DNA of 64,000 bases from a virus. Made by a program: the position numbers and the translations under genes. Shown here one piece after another: positions 37,153-45,961 of this stretch. The notes below the pieces were generated by a model that had not been told where the DNA came from, did no database searches, and saw only the letters and a program-made list of their open reading frames with translations. The first letter of the stretch is position 1. Every line of letters starts with the position of its first letter. The DNA is taken from positions 2,373 to 66,372 of the IMG/VR virus record IMGVR_UViG_3300047311_000253; one strand, given 5' to 3'.

Positions 37153-38078
37153 GAGGGAAATCCGTTATGTTCGGCGCCATCGAGAAGGCGGCCCGAGCGC
37201 TTCTTACCGAGGCTTCGCCACGCCAGATCATTCTCTGTTGGCGGCCGGTGCTGACCCCATTGCTTGAAGAAAAATGGGACACCAGCCGCGGCACATTGGT
37301 CGCGCAAATCACGCACCCATCGGCGGTGCATCGGCCGCGCGTGGGGGCCGCTCTCGCCGCCAACGATCACCCAATTGAGACCGCGCTCTTCCCCAGAAAG
37401 CCCACTGGCTAGCCACTCGCCATGTCGGTCTGTGCTCAATGTTTCCCGGAGTTTAATCGGCCCCAGCAGGGGCTCCAGGCTTACGAACCGCACCGCTGCG
37501 GGCGTCTGTAGCAGCAGCGGTATGCGTTCATCGGCTGCGGCTTGGTCTTCGGCGCTGATGCCCAGCCAGACGTTGGGGAGGGGCCACGACGGAAATGGAC
37601 CCTGCGGACCGGTCAGCCCAGTCCACAGCGCGGTGGCGCCAAGGCGATTAACGCCGATGCTTTGATCGCCCATTACGGCGTCGATGTACGCCCGCATCCG
37701 CTCCGGCCGCTTCGTCAGAACTTGAAACGTATGTTGCGGGCACAGCGCCATCACCGCGAACATGCGGTCGAGCCATTCGTCTTTGACGAACTCGGCGAAC
37801 GTATCGGACATGCTGTTGACGAAGATGCGCCGCGGCTTTTTCCAGCGCAGCGGGGCGAGCAGCATCTTGTCGTCGAGGAAAATTTCTACATCGGCGCGGT
37901 GTCCGGGCTTGAAGTCGAGGCCGGTGCCGAGGTGGCGGTTGATAGACTCGGCATAGCAATTACGGCAGCCATCACTGACATGCTCGCAATGCCAGCCGAT
38001 CTTGCCGGTGGCGAGATTGCGGGCGCGGATCGGTGACCAGCTCGCATCGGTCCATTCTATTTTCGATTGCGCTCCCAT
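37149..38078 (-). CDS. Phage Gp37/Gp68 (DUF5131) family protein
   Basis: IEWTD.SW, C..VS.GC.NCYA, FVNSMSD, LTKR, GGESG, FFFKQWG. Confidence 0.9.
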   Translation of the reverse strand: MGAQSKIEWTDASWSPIRARNLATGKIGWHCEHVSDGCRNCYAESINRHLGTGLDFKPGHRADVEIFLDDKMLLAPLRWKKPRRIFVNSMSDTFAEFVKDEWLDRMFAVMALCPQHTFQVLTKRPERMRAYIDAVMGDQSIGVNRLGATALWTGLTGPQGPFPSWPLPNVWLGISAEDQAAADERIPLLLQTPAAVRFVSLEPLLGPIKLRETLSTDRHGEWLASGLSGEERGLNWVIVGGESGPHARPMHRRWVRDLRDQCAAAGVPFFFKQWGQHRPPTENDLAWRSLGKKRSGRLLDGAEHNGFPS

Positions 38079-38081
38079 AAG

Positions 38082-39266
38082 CTATTCCGCCGCCTCCATC
38101 TTCGGAGCATCCAACCCCCAGACATCCCAATTCGGACGCGCTCCCCTCGCGTTAAGTTCGATCTTCGGCAGATGTGGGAAATACGATTCGATCATTGCGT
38201 AAAAACAGGGTGGCTTGACCGAATGCTCTCCGATCACAGCCTCCAGCATGGACCCCCATTGATCGCCTGGAGCCGGGGCTGTGACGTTGCCCTTGATGCC
38301 GAGCAGCAGCAGCTCATGGCTGTTGCGGAACCAATAGCCGGTGCCGATGGCTGGCTTGGTGGTAGCAACGCCATTGTCACTGGCGTCGCGACGCTTCGAC
38401 CACACCACATGGGATCGGTAGTCGAAGCCCCATGCCTCCATCACCGCCAGTGCATGCGGCAGCATCGGCACCGTGGCCCATAGGAACAGGGCACAATCCT
38501 TGGCGGCGATGTCCGGCACCGGCCGGGCGGCAATGACCTCGGTGACCGATGTCGGGTAATGGTTGTCCGGTGAGCGGTCTAGGCCGGTTTCACGTGACCA
38601 GGGTTCGAATCTCCATTCTGGGTCGGCCAGAATCACCCCGTATTTCTTGTCGGGGAGTTTGAGATTGGCGGCGGCCTGCATTTCGCCGAGATGGGCCTCG
38701 CGGGCTGCGCGACGGGTCGCTTTCACAGCGGTCGCGATATCGCGGCGCTCCATGTCGGGGCGGATGGTGCCATCCGTGATTCGTGCCTTAAGTGCCTGAT
38801 CGTCCAGCTTTGTCAGTTCATAAAGCGTTCCCCAAGACGGAGGCAAATGTTGCACCAGGTGCCGATTTTGCAGGCGCTCATCCGCGGCTATTTTCATTAA
38901 CCGCGCAGCAGTTGATGGCCCGAACGGCAAGCCTTCATTGATCATCGGTGTAAATTCGCCATGTTCCAATGCCTCCTTTGCAGCGTTCAATAAACGCCCA
39001 GTCTCAAAGATCGCCTCGATGCTCTGCTGCCATGAATTAGCAATTGCGGCAGCGTAATCTGTGGCTGTTTTGAGGAAGGCGGGCGTGCGGACGCGCGCAA
39101 GCGGCTGCACAGTAGAGAATGACACGCTGATTGCGTCTTCTAGCTTCAGCTTTTTCAGCAACCGCAACGCCGCATCCTTTCCGATGCCCAATTCGGCCCC
39201 GATCTGGCGGCACCCCCAGCCCTTCTCATCGCGAAGTCGGCGAACGGCGGGAAGGTGGTCAATCAC
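38082..39266 (-). CDS. MT-A70 family methyltransferase with N-terminal HTH/DUF3102-like region
   Basis: VILADPEW, HYPT, LFLWAT, WGF.Y, GTGYWFR..HE, HS.KP, IELNAR; GTG start overlaps upstream stop. Confidence 0.85.
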   Translation of the reverse strand: MIDHLPAVRRLRDEKGWGCRQIGAELGIGKDAALRLLKKLKLEDAISVSFSTVQPLARVRTPAFLKTATDYAAAIANSWQQSIEAIFETGRLLNAAKEALEHGEFTPMINEGLPFGPSTAARLMKIAADERLQNRHLVQHLPPSWGTLYELTKLDDQALKARITDGTIRPDMERRDIATAVKATRRAAREAHLGEMQAAANLKLPDKKYGVILADPEWRFEPWSRETGLDRSPDNHYPTSVTEVIAARPVPDIAAKDCALFLWATVPMLPHALAVMEAWGFDYRSHVVWSKRRDASDNGVATTKPAIGTGYWFRNSHELLLLGIKGNVTAPAPGDQWGSMLEAVIGEHSVKPPCFYAMIESYFPHLPKIELNARGARPNWDVWGLDAPKMEAAE

Positions 39267-39478
39267 GCGGCCATCCTTCCCGGGATCACCATCTTGCATC
39301 GACACACCCACACCATATGAACGGACCACTCGCGGTGAACCGGATGCGGCTCTCCGGTGAGCACCGCCATCCATCCGGTGCGCAAATGGTCCTCTGCCTC
39401 CGGGAGGGGAACGAACTTGTGGATGCCGCGGATGCGGGTGACATCGAGGGGATTGATCATAAATTCCGCACCCTCCAT
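39263..39478 (-). CDS. Hypothetical protein
   Basis: In early operon, coupled to the MT-A70 gene. Confidence 0.45.
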   Translation of the reverse strand: MEGAEFMINPLDVTRIRGIHKFVPLPEAEDHLRTGWMAVLTGEPHPVHREWSVHMVWVCRCKMVIPGRMAA

Positions 39479-39642
39479 TCATCCAAAGCTTTTCGGTCCT
39501 CGGCATTTCTCCGCTCTATCTCTTCATCGCTGATCCCCAGACACTTCGGGCAGGTAATGTCGTAGAGATGCACGCCGCGCGCCGAAATGATCGGATAGGT
39601 GCCCGCACCATCACAAATGGGACATGAAGGCTCCCCGCTCAT
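39457..39642 (-). CDS. Small Zn-ribbon protein
   Basis: CPICDG.G...CPKCLG. Confidence 0.5.
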   Translation of the reverse strand: MSGEPSCPICDGAGTYPIISARGVHLYDITCPKCLGISDEEIERRNAEDRKALDEWRVRNL

Positions 39643-39923
39643 GCCGCCCGCTCCGAATGCGCCTTCCGGCCATCCCTCTTTTTGGCTCTTGCCGCAGCTT
39701 CGCGGCGCATGACTTCAAGTGCATCGTCTATGCGACCCGCTTCCATCTCATCGGCGAGAAGACGCATCCCGCACGGGGTGATCCGACACCAATCGCCTTT
39801 TCCGTCATCAGCGAGGATCCCACGTTTAACGAGGGACTTTGAAATTCGGTCGCCAACGACAAGTATGCGCCCCGGCGATGCGAGGGAGATTAGGAGCTGC
39901 AATTGCTGATGTCCGATTTTCAT
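39639..39923 (-). CDS. Hypothetical protein flanked by a 25-bp direct repeat
   Basis: tcatgccgcccgctccgaatgcgcc at 39639 and 39920. Confidence 0.55.
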   Translation of the reverse strand: MKIGHQQLQLLISLASPGRILVVGDRISKSLVKRGILADDGKGDWCRITPCGMRLLADEMEAGRIDDALEVMRREAAARAKKRDGRKAHSERAA

Positions 39924-40096
39924 GCCGCCCGCTCCGAATGCGCCCGCCGATCATCCTCGATGATCGCCCGCAGCAGCGAGCGGATCAGGGCGGATCGGCT
40001 TGGGTAGCCGCCTTCATCGGCCATGTTATCGAGGTAGGCGGCATCGGCAGGTGGAAGCCAGGTGACGCTTCTTATGAGTGTGCGCAGTGCTTTCAT
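39920..40096 (-). CDS. Ribbon-helix-helix protein (58 aa)
   Basis: Manual translation MKALRTLIRSVTWLP...LD.MA...G..SRSALIR.LL; GGAG RBS. Confidence 0.6.
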   Translation of the reverse strand: MKALRTLIRSVTWLPPADAAYLDNMADEGGYPSRSALIRSLLRAIIEDDRRAHSERAA

Positions 40097-40146
40097 GGTG
40101 TCTCCCCAGCATCAGGTTAAATCGCTCCCGCGTGACGCGAAGCCGG

Positions 40147-40347
40147 TCATTCAGCGGCCTCCGGCGTAAAGCAATCCTCAATTGTGAGGGCCCCATCGGT
40201 CGCCTCGGAAATCTTCTTTGCCATCCGCAGGCTGTTGGTGCCGTTCAGACAGATTTGCGACACCCGCCCCTGTGTGAGACCAACCATCTCACCGAAGGTG
40301 CGTTGCGAAATCTTGTTGTCTTTCAACCATTTGGCGAGGCGAATCAT
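40147..40347 (-). CDS. Cro-like HTH regulator
   Basis: L..WL....ISQ..FG..VG.TQ..VS; divergent from the repressor. Confidence 0.8.
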   Translation of the reverse strand: MIRLAKWLKDNKISQRTFGEMVGLTQGRVSQICLNGTNSLRMAKKISEATDGALTIEDCFTPEAAE

Positions 40348-40354
40348 GTGGGTA

Positions 40355-40396
40355 TATTAGTGTCATTGATAATTCTCGTCAATAGCTGTATTAATA
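40355..40396. promoter_or_regulatory. Operators and cro promoter of the immunity switch
   Basis: Two 17-bp TATTAG-N5-CTAATA-like boxes (40355, 40380); minus-strand TTGACG-17-TAATAT ends 6 nt before the cro ATG. Confidence 0.65.
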
Positions 40397-40413
40397 AGAG
40401 CGAATAGACGGTT

Positions 40414-40770
40414 GTGGATATGTCCAGCACGATAGCGTTTATGACAAAGACGCCATCGAAGCGGCCAGCCCCTCCTTGCGTGCGTGGGTTGCCAAAACTC
40501 GCCAAATGGCGGCGGCACCGTGACCGCATGTCGCAGGAGGAACTGGCGGCCAGGATTGGCGTCACTCAAAGCATGATTTCCCAATGGGAAAATGGCGAAT
40601 CGGACATTCCGTTCTCAACCGTTCACGACATTGCACGGGCGCTCGACACCACGATCGAGCGCCTTTTACGCGACCCGAGCGAGGGCGAGGATTTCTACCG
40701 CGTCTGGGAACAACTCCCACTGAACGAGCGTCCCCGCGCCCTCCGCATCCTCCGCAATCTCACAGACTGA
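40414..40770 (+). CDS. CI-like Xre HTH repressor
   Basis: MSQEELAARIGVTQSMISQWENG; start uncertain. Confidence 0.85.
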   Translation: MDMSSTIAFMTKTPSKRPAPPCVRGLPKLAKWRRHRDRMSQEELAARIGVTQSMISQWENGESDIPFSTVHDIARALDTTIERLLRDPSEGEDFYRVWEQLPLNERPRALRILRNLTD

Positions 40771-40788
40771 ACCAGTCCAGAAAATAAT

Positions 40789-40841
40789 TATTAGTCACAC
40801 TCATTTTTCTGTTGCCTAAGAGTATTAGTATGGTTTATAGT
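40789..40841 (+). promoter_or_regulatory. Second operator pair and early promoter
   Basis: TATTAG-N5 boxes at 40789 and 40823; TTGCCT-18-TATAGT. Confidence 0.6.
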
Positions 40842-40869
40842 CTCCCCAGATCAAAGGGGAGTTGACCAA

Positions 40870-41073
40870 ATGACCGACCGCATCGCCTTCAAGTCTGCCG
40901 GACTAGTCCCGCCTCAGTTCCGCAATCGCCAGCCGGAATGGGTACGCGGCGAAAAGGTCGCTTGCGGCTGCTGCCGCGGACCTGAGAGCGACCGTTGCTG
41001 CTGCTGGATTCATCAGGATCGCCCCCACGGTCTTCTACCTCACAAGTGCTCGCTGCATTGTGAGGAGGCCTGA
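40870..41073 (+). CDS. Small Cys-rich hypothetical protein
   Basis: GGGAG RBS after the promoter. Confidence 0.5.
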   Translation: MTDRIAFKSAGLVPPQFRNRQPEWVRGEKVACGCCRGPESDRCCCWIHQDRPHGLLPHKCSLHCEEA

Positions 41074-41415
41074 CCATGCCCCACGAATCCTCTCCCTACA
41101 TCGCGCTCGGAATCACGTTCGCGCTTATCTGCGTTCTTTGGTTTGTCGCTGCCAACGTTTTTCTCAGTGTGATCCTATGGCTGTAATCCATCTCGGCCTT
41201 TCAACCGAAGACTTCCCCGACAGCGATCTCAGTTACACCCAGCAACGCGCCAAGACTATCGCGGAAGATCAGGACTTCGTGGCCGCCATGATCGCGGCGC
41301 ATCCCGATATCTGCCAGGGCGTTCACACCGAGCCCTGCACCGACAACCCCCAGCCCATGGCGCCCGTCGTGATGGTGCGGTCATGCCAGGGGTTTGATTG
41401 GCCCAAAGGTGACTG

Positions 41416-41715
41416 ATGCTCCCCATTGATGTCTGGCGGATCGACCTCGCCCTTTGTGCCGGAGAATTCCGGCGAGGGCGCCTGTCCGAGGCTGGCTTCC
41501 GCCATCACCTAGCCCGGCTCGGCTATCTTGCGCATGAGATTGAGGCAGAGGTTGAGCATCATCGGGCATCTGAAATGAAAGCCGTTCCCATCGGACCTGT
41601 GCTGCCCCGGAACGGTGAAACAGGTCCGCAGCGCGGCTCCGACGCTTCACAGTACCAGCGCAGTGATCGGAGCCGCGCCCCTCTAGATGACATGATTAAG
41701 GAACGGAGCACATGA
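41416..41715 (+). CDS. Hypothetical protein
   Basis: TGATG-coupled in the early operon. Confidence 0.45.
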   Translation: MLPIDVWRIDLALCAGEFRRGRLSEAGFRHHLARLGYLAHEIEAEVEHHRASEMKAVPIGPVLPRNGETGPQRGSDASQYQRSDRSRAPLDDMIKERST

Positions 41716-42068
41716 CCGACAGGCGAGACTTTCCGACCGCAGTTATTGCCTCGCTATCGAGTGGCATCAGTCTTTGCTCTTTCAACGAGATGCACGAGGC
41801 GGCTGAATACTTGATGGGGCATCCGATATGGACGCATCAATTTGCCAGTAAAGACCTTTGGCAGGACATGCAGCGCACAGTCCTGGCCCAGTGTTCGGAG
41901 ATGCCGACTGAACTATTGGATGTCACCAAGGACAACTACAAAGAACGCATCGCCGCTTTGGAGTCAGAATTCGGAAAGACCGTCAAAATACGAAAAGGCT
42001 CGGGTCTTACAGCGATGCTCCCGACCGATGGCATTCTCGATCATCTCAAAGATAAACGATCATCATGA
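41712..42068 (+). CDS. Hypothetical phage protein
   Basis: GGAG RBS; YLMG.PIWTHQ motif. Confidence 0.6.
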   Translation: MTDRRDFPTAVIASLSSGISLCSFNEMHEAAEYLMGHPIWTHQFASKDLWQDMQRTVLAQCSEMPTELLDVTKDNYKERIAALESEFGKTVKIRKGSGLTAMLPTDGILDHLKDKRSS

Positions 42069-42282
42069 TGGGGCTGGTGAGATGACCGCAAATTACCTCA
42101 TCGAAGGCGCCACATGGCGCGGCCCCCGCTCCGGCCGAATGGCCGTCGTCCCCGTCCGGATCACTACCGCGCTGCTCACTCGCATCAGAGCCCGCGGAAT
42201 CCCCGTCAGCAAATTTCTGCGCGAGGCGGGGGAGAAGGCGGCGGACATCGCTTCCCTTCCACCACAGGGAAAGGGCGAGTGA

Positions 42283-42483
42283 ATGGACGATATTGTCGAG
42301 CGACTCCGCAACCGAGAGGGATTTGTTCTTGAGGGACCGAGGCGACTTATGATGCTCTGCGAGCAAGCCGCCGACGAGATCGCGCGGCTCCGAGAGGAAC
42401 TCAGGCAGGTGCGAAGGGCGTTGCAATGCTATAACCCGGATCATTCTCTCCTCGCTCCCGGTCCACCAGAGGATACACCATGA
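42283..42483 (+). CDS. Hypothetical phage protein
   Basis: DIVERLR...AADEI.RLR motif common in phage early genes. Confidence 0.55.
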   Translation: MDDIVERLRNREGFVLEGPRRLMMLCEQAADEIARLREELRQVRRALQCYNPDHSLLAPGPPEDTP

Positions 42484-42866
42484 GGATGATCACCGTCTAT
42501 TTGCCTGACAGTCCTGCCGCGCCTCAGGCCGAGTATGAATCTGCGCTTTTGCAAACTATCCGCAATTGCGATTCAGAGTCCGCAAGCATCTTTGTTAGCT
42601 TTCTGTCTTTTTTCAGGCCCATCCAGAATGCTTGGTTCTTAGAACTCTCCACTAAGCTTGCTATGGAAAAAGAGATCGCGCAGCTGCGGGAGGCGCTGGT
42701 GCCTTTTGCAAAATGCGCCGACGCCATCGAATGCACCACCACGCACGAGTGCCATGACGCGGACCAATGGGCTATCGGCGATCTCGACCACATCCTTAAA
42801 TTTAGTGACCTGCGCCGCGCCCGCGCTGCCATCGCTCCCCATCCACCAGAGGGAAAGGGCGAGTGA
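42480..42866 (+). CDS. Hypothetical phage protein
   Basis: LREAL.PFA...DLRRARAA. Confidence 0.55.
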   Translation: MRMITVYLPDSPAAPQAEYESALLQTIRNCDSESASIFVSFLSFFRPIQNAWFLELSTKLAMEKEIAQLREALVPFAKCADAIECTTTHECHDADQWAIGDLDHILKFSDLRRARAAIAPHPPEGKGE

Positions 42867-43261
42867 TGGACCGCGTAAGCTTCCCCCTTGAAACCGCGGC
42901 AGAGCGCCTTGGCGTCACCCGCCGCTGGTTGATGGAGTGGCTGCGCAAATACCCGTGGGATGTCCACGGCACCCCCTTTTACCGTCGCGCGGGCAAGACT
43001 AAGCTCTTCACACCCGGAGACGTGGCCCGCATCCATGCGGCGCTGCCGGGCCCGGAAAGTGCCCCATGCTCCGTCTCTACCCGCCGCGCAAAGGCTTCTC
43101 GCAGAACTGGCGCATCCGCGGCACCTACCTCGGAGTCCGCGTGGATCAAAGCAGCGGAACTCACCGGCGACAGGTCGCTGCTGCCATCCTCGATGAGATC
43201 GCCGGAAAAATCGAGTGCAAAGAGTGGAAAGCTGCGCCTCGTGAAGACGACAGTTTCCTGA
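42863..43261 (+). CDS. Excisionase-like HTH protein overlapping the integrase start
   Basis: LE.AA.RLGVTRRWL...G...LFT..D. Confidence 0.65.
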   Translation: MMDRVSFPLETAAERLGVTRRWLMEWLRKYPWDVHGTPFYRRAGKTKLFTPGDVARIHAALPGPESAPCSVSTRRAKASRRTGASAAPTSESAWIKAAELTGDRSLLPSSMRSPEKSSAKSGKLRLVKTTVS

Positions 43262-44067
43262 GCGCCGCTCTGTCCTACATGCAGACGACCGGGAACAAGC
43301 GCTATGTGGCGCCCCTGATCAAACACTTCGGAGAAACGCCATGGCGCGAAATCGATCAAAACGCTATCGACCGCGCGGCTGTAGCTTTGAGACCGGATGC
43401 ATCCCCTGCTACCAGGAATCGCTGTGTCTATACCCCGCTTGCCGCAATTTTAAGGCACAAAGGGTCGACGCTCCGCATCCGCCGGCCGCCGGGGGCGAAG
43501 GGCAAGCCGCGCACCGACTACCTCAACCCGCCCGACGCCATGGCGATCATTGAAGCAGCGGAGACGTTCGATGGTGAGTTTGGCCTTTTGCTTCAATTAT
43601 TGCTCTACTCCGGTTGCCGCCTCGGGGAGGCTTTGGCCCTGGAATGGCCCAATATTCACGGTGGAACGGCTTACATCCGAACGTCTAAGAACGACGATTC
43701 TCGCACAGTGCGACTGCGGACTGATCTGGAGGATCGTTTTGAGTCCCGCAGGAAGCCCGCCGGCCCCGTCTTCCCCTTCCACTATGGCGGTCGCCTCAAA
43801 GAACTCCTAAAGCGCGCCACGTGCCTCGCCAGCGGCGTGACGCCGGCATCCCGAGGCAAGTCACCCGCGCATCGGCTGCGATGGGTGAATTTTCACACGT
43901 TTCGCCATACGTTCGCGACGTGGTTCCGCAGGGCCGGAGGCGACGTGCAGGGCTTGGTGGCAACCGGCAATTGGCGCGATCCCAAGTCCGCGGCCCGCTA
44001 CCAGCATGTACATGCCCATGAAGAGTGGGAACGGACGGAGCGGTTTCCGTCAATGAAGCGAGGGTGA
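43066..44067 (+). CDS. int: Tyrosine recombinase/integrase
   Basis: SGCRLGEAL.L.W, K, HTFRHTFATW, GNW, ARY catalytic set. Confidence 0.9.
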   Translation: MLRLYPPRKGFSQNWRIRGTYLGVRVDQSSGTHRRQVAAAILDEIAGKIECKEWKAAPREDDSFLSAALSYMQTTGNKRYVAPLIKHFGETPWREIDQNAIDRAAVALRPDASPATRNRCVYTPLAAILRHKGSTLRIRRPPGAKGKPRTDYLNPPDAMAIIEAAETFDGEFGLLLQLLLYSGCRLGEALALEWPNIHGGTAYIRTSKNDDSRTVRLRTDLEDRFESRRKPAGPVFPFHYGGRLKELLKRATCLASGVTPASRGKSPAHRLRWVNFHTFRHTFATWFRRAGGDVQGLVATGNWRDPKSAARYQHVHAHEEWERTERFPSMKRG

Positions 44068-44099
44068 ACGATGAGCGAGACTCGCATGTGTCCGAAATG

Positions 44100-44310
44100 G
44101 GCAGTCAACCAAAAAAGTCGTCTAAGCTATTGATTTAATTAGTGCAGGGCTGCCCTCCCCCAGGGCAGCCCGCTTTCGCGTTGTCCCGCAAAATCAGGAT
44201 TTACGGGGCTTTCGGTGCACGCCTTGAGACGTTTGCACACGAACAGAGACGGAACTGCGCCTATGGGCGTGTGTAATTCCTGGGCAGCCCCCCCACAAAA
44301 AGGGGGCCGC
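44100..44310. other. Candidate attP region
   Basis: Non-coding, downstream of int between convergent operons; AAGCTATTGATTTAAT, GTGCA repeats, GGGCTGCCC/GGGCAGCCC; core not identified. Confidence 0.3.
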
Positions 44311-44597
44311 ATGAGCAAGCCCATCCGGCCCCAAGTCCAGGGAGGAAACGACCATTGCTGGCCACCATCCGGTCATGATAATAACCGGAGGGTTGAGGAC
44401 GGCGGCATGGGCCGCCGAATTCATCGGGCGTCATCTTCCTTTTCATCGGGTTGAGCGATCGAGTCTCCGCAGCAGCTCGTCGTCCCGCAGCCGTTGCACT
44501 CCGGACACGGAATGAGCTGGTAGTGTCCCGGCCGGTCGGCGATGTCTCGGGCTTCGCGGCCGAAGCCGTGGCAGCGGTCGTATTTCATGATCATTCC

Positions 44598-45032
44598 TTA
44601 TTTGACGTAAATGTGAGAAAAGACCGCAATCATCGACACGATGGCGGCGACGGCCGTGATCATCGCAATCGTCACGCTGCCCACCCAACTGATCCCCTGT
44701 GACTGCCCTTGCTTTAATGTCATGTTGGTTTGCAAAGCATCCAAATCCTTTTTGGTGGCGGCGTCGTTCACTTTCTTTTCCAGGAAGCCATGCCGCTCCT
44801 CGTACTGCTTGGTGAAACCGTTCCAAGTATCTGCGCTGACCGTCTTCAAAGTCATGTCTGCGATGCGGCGGCCTTCGTGGTTGAGGTTTTTAAGATGCTC
44901 GTTGAGCTGTCTCTGTTCCAGAATTTTGGCCGACTCAATCGCCTTAAACTTTTCCTCGATGACCAGCAGCTTTAGGTCGACGTATTCCCTGCAAACCTTG
45001 CAAGGCTCACGCTTATCCGCAGGATCGGTCAT
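44598..45032 (-). CDS. Coiled-coil protein with C-terminal TM helix (lysis module)
   Basis: Heptads then WVGSVTIAMITAVAAIVSMIAVF. Confidence 0.6.
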   Translation of the reverse strand: MTDPADKREPCKVCREYVDLKLLVIEEKFKAIESAKILEQRQLNEHLKNLNHEGRRIADMTLKTVSADTWNGFTKQYEERHGFLEKKVNDAATKKDLDALQTNMTLKQGQSQGISWVGSVTIAMITAVAAIVSMIAVFSHIYVK

Positions 45033-45205
45033 CAGACTCTCGCCGCCTCGCGGTCATCCGCCGAATACCGTGAGCACCAGCCAGAACGCGAGCATGATTG
45101 CGAACACAGCCCCGAACGCGATCATGAACCGGCGCGGGGCACCGCGCATATCCTGCGGCCAGCGGTGGCGCAGGGTAAGCAGCCGCTCATACTCGCGGCG
45201 CCTCA

Positions 45206-45370
45206 TCAGTGGACCACGAAGCCGAAGTCATGCCATCCGAGCAGGAACAGCAGGACGAACAAGAGGATGTTCGGAGCCCAACCGAAGGCAGTCCCACCAC
45301 CCCAGTTAGTCCAGCCCCAGAACACGAACCACAGGATCATCAACATCCAAAAGACCATTCCGATAGGCAT
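45206..45370 (-). CDS. Small two-TM membrane protein (54 aa)
   Basis: Manual translation MPIGMVFWMLMILWFVFWG...LLFVLLFLLGW; AAGGAG RBS. Confidence 0.6.
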   Translation of the reverse strand: MPIGMVFWMLMILWFVFWGWTNWGGGTAFGWAPNILLFVLLFLLGWHDFGFVVH

Positions 45371-45498
45371 TGTCGTTCTCCTTATTTGAAGGATAAGGCA
45401 GCCCCGGCGTGGCGTGGCACGTCAAACCGGGGCCGCTCACGCCCTGACGGTGTGCGGGTACGGGGGATGGGGGGTTGCACTTCGCGTCAGGGCGTTTC

Positions 45499-45858
45499 TC
45501 AGGGCGATGGCGGCAGCGAGGACTTCATCTGATCGATGTCGGCCCTTAGCTTCGCCGAAAGGGCAGCGAGGTTTTGTGCAGCCGCATGGGCCTCGGGGTT
45601 ATTCGTCCCGGCAAGCGCGAGAATGAGCGCCGCAATTTCCGTTTGAACGGCGGCGTCGTTGTCGGTGACGACTTGCGTGATCTCGGCGACGGCATCGGCG
45701 AGTTCGCTCATGATCTTTTCTCCTTGCGCCAGGATGGCGCGTTGGTTGGACAGTAGGGTATCTATCTGCCCTAACAGGTTGAACCAAGTCGTTTTTTGAT
45801 ACGTCGTCATTTGCGATTTTCTAAAGACTCTCGACGACGTTTCTGTTCCGCTTCCCAC
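45499..45858 (-). CDS. Hypothetical coiled-coil protein
   Basis: Downstream of the endolysin; start uncertain. Confidence 0.5.
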   Translation of the reverse strand: MGSGTETSSRVFRKSQMTTYQKTTWFNLLGQIDTLLSNQRAILAQGEKIMSELADAVAEITQVVTDNDAAVQTEIAALILALAGTNNPEAHAAAQNLAALSAKLRADIDQMKSSLPPSP

Positions 45859-45961
45859 ATCTTCTCGCGCTCAAGTTCTCCGGATTGGCGGATCGCCATA
45901 AAATACGCCTTGGCGTTTGCGGCCCACGATTTAGCCGTTTCGGTTAGCATCAAAGGCGTTC

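Noticed and set aside
38082-40160. Recurrent EAAE* protein ends as a targeting motif
   Set aside because: Better explained by GGAGG RBS and stop/start signals overlapping gene ends
42863-43261. Programmed frameshift fusing xis and int
   Set aside because: int has its own ATG and no slippery site was evident; a simple overlap is sufficient
44140-44300. tRNA-derived att core ending in CCA
   Set aside because: No recognisable T arm; only GC-rich inverted repeats
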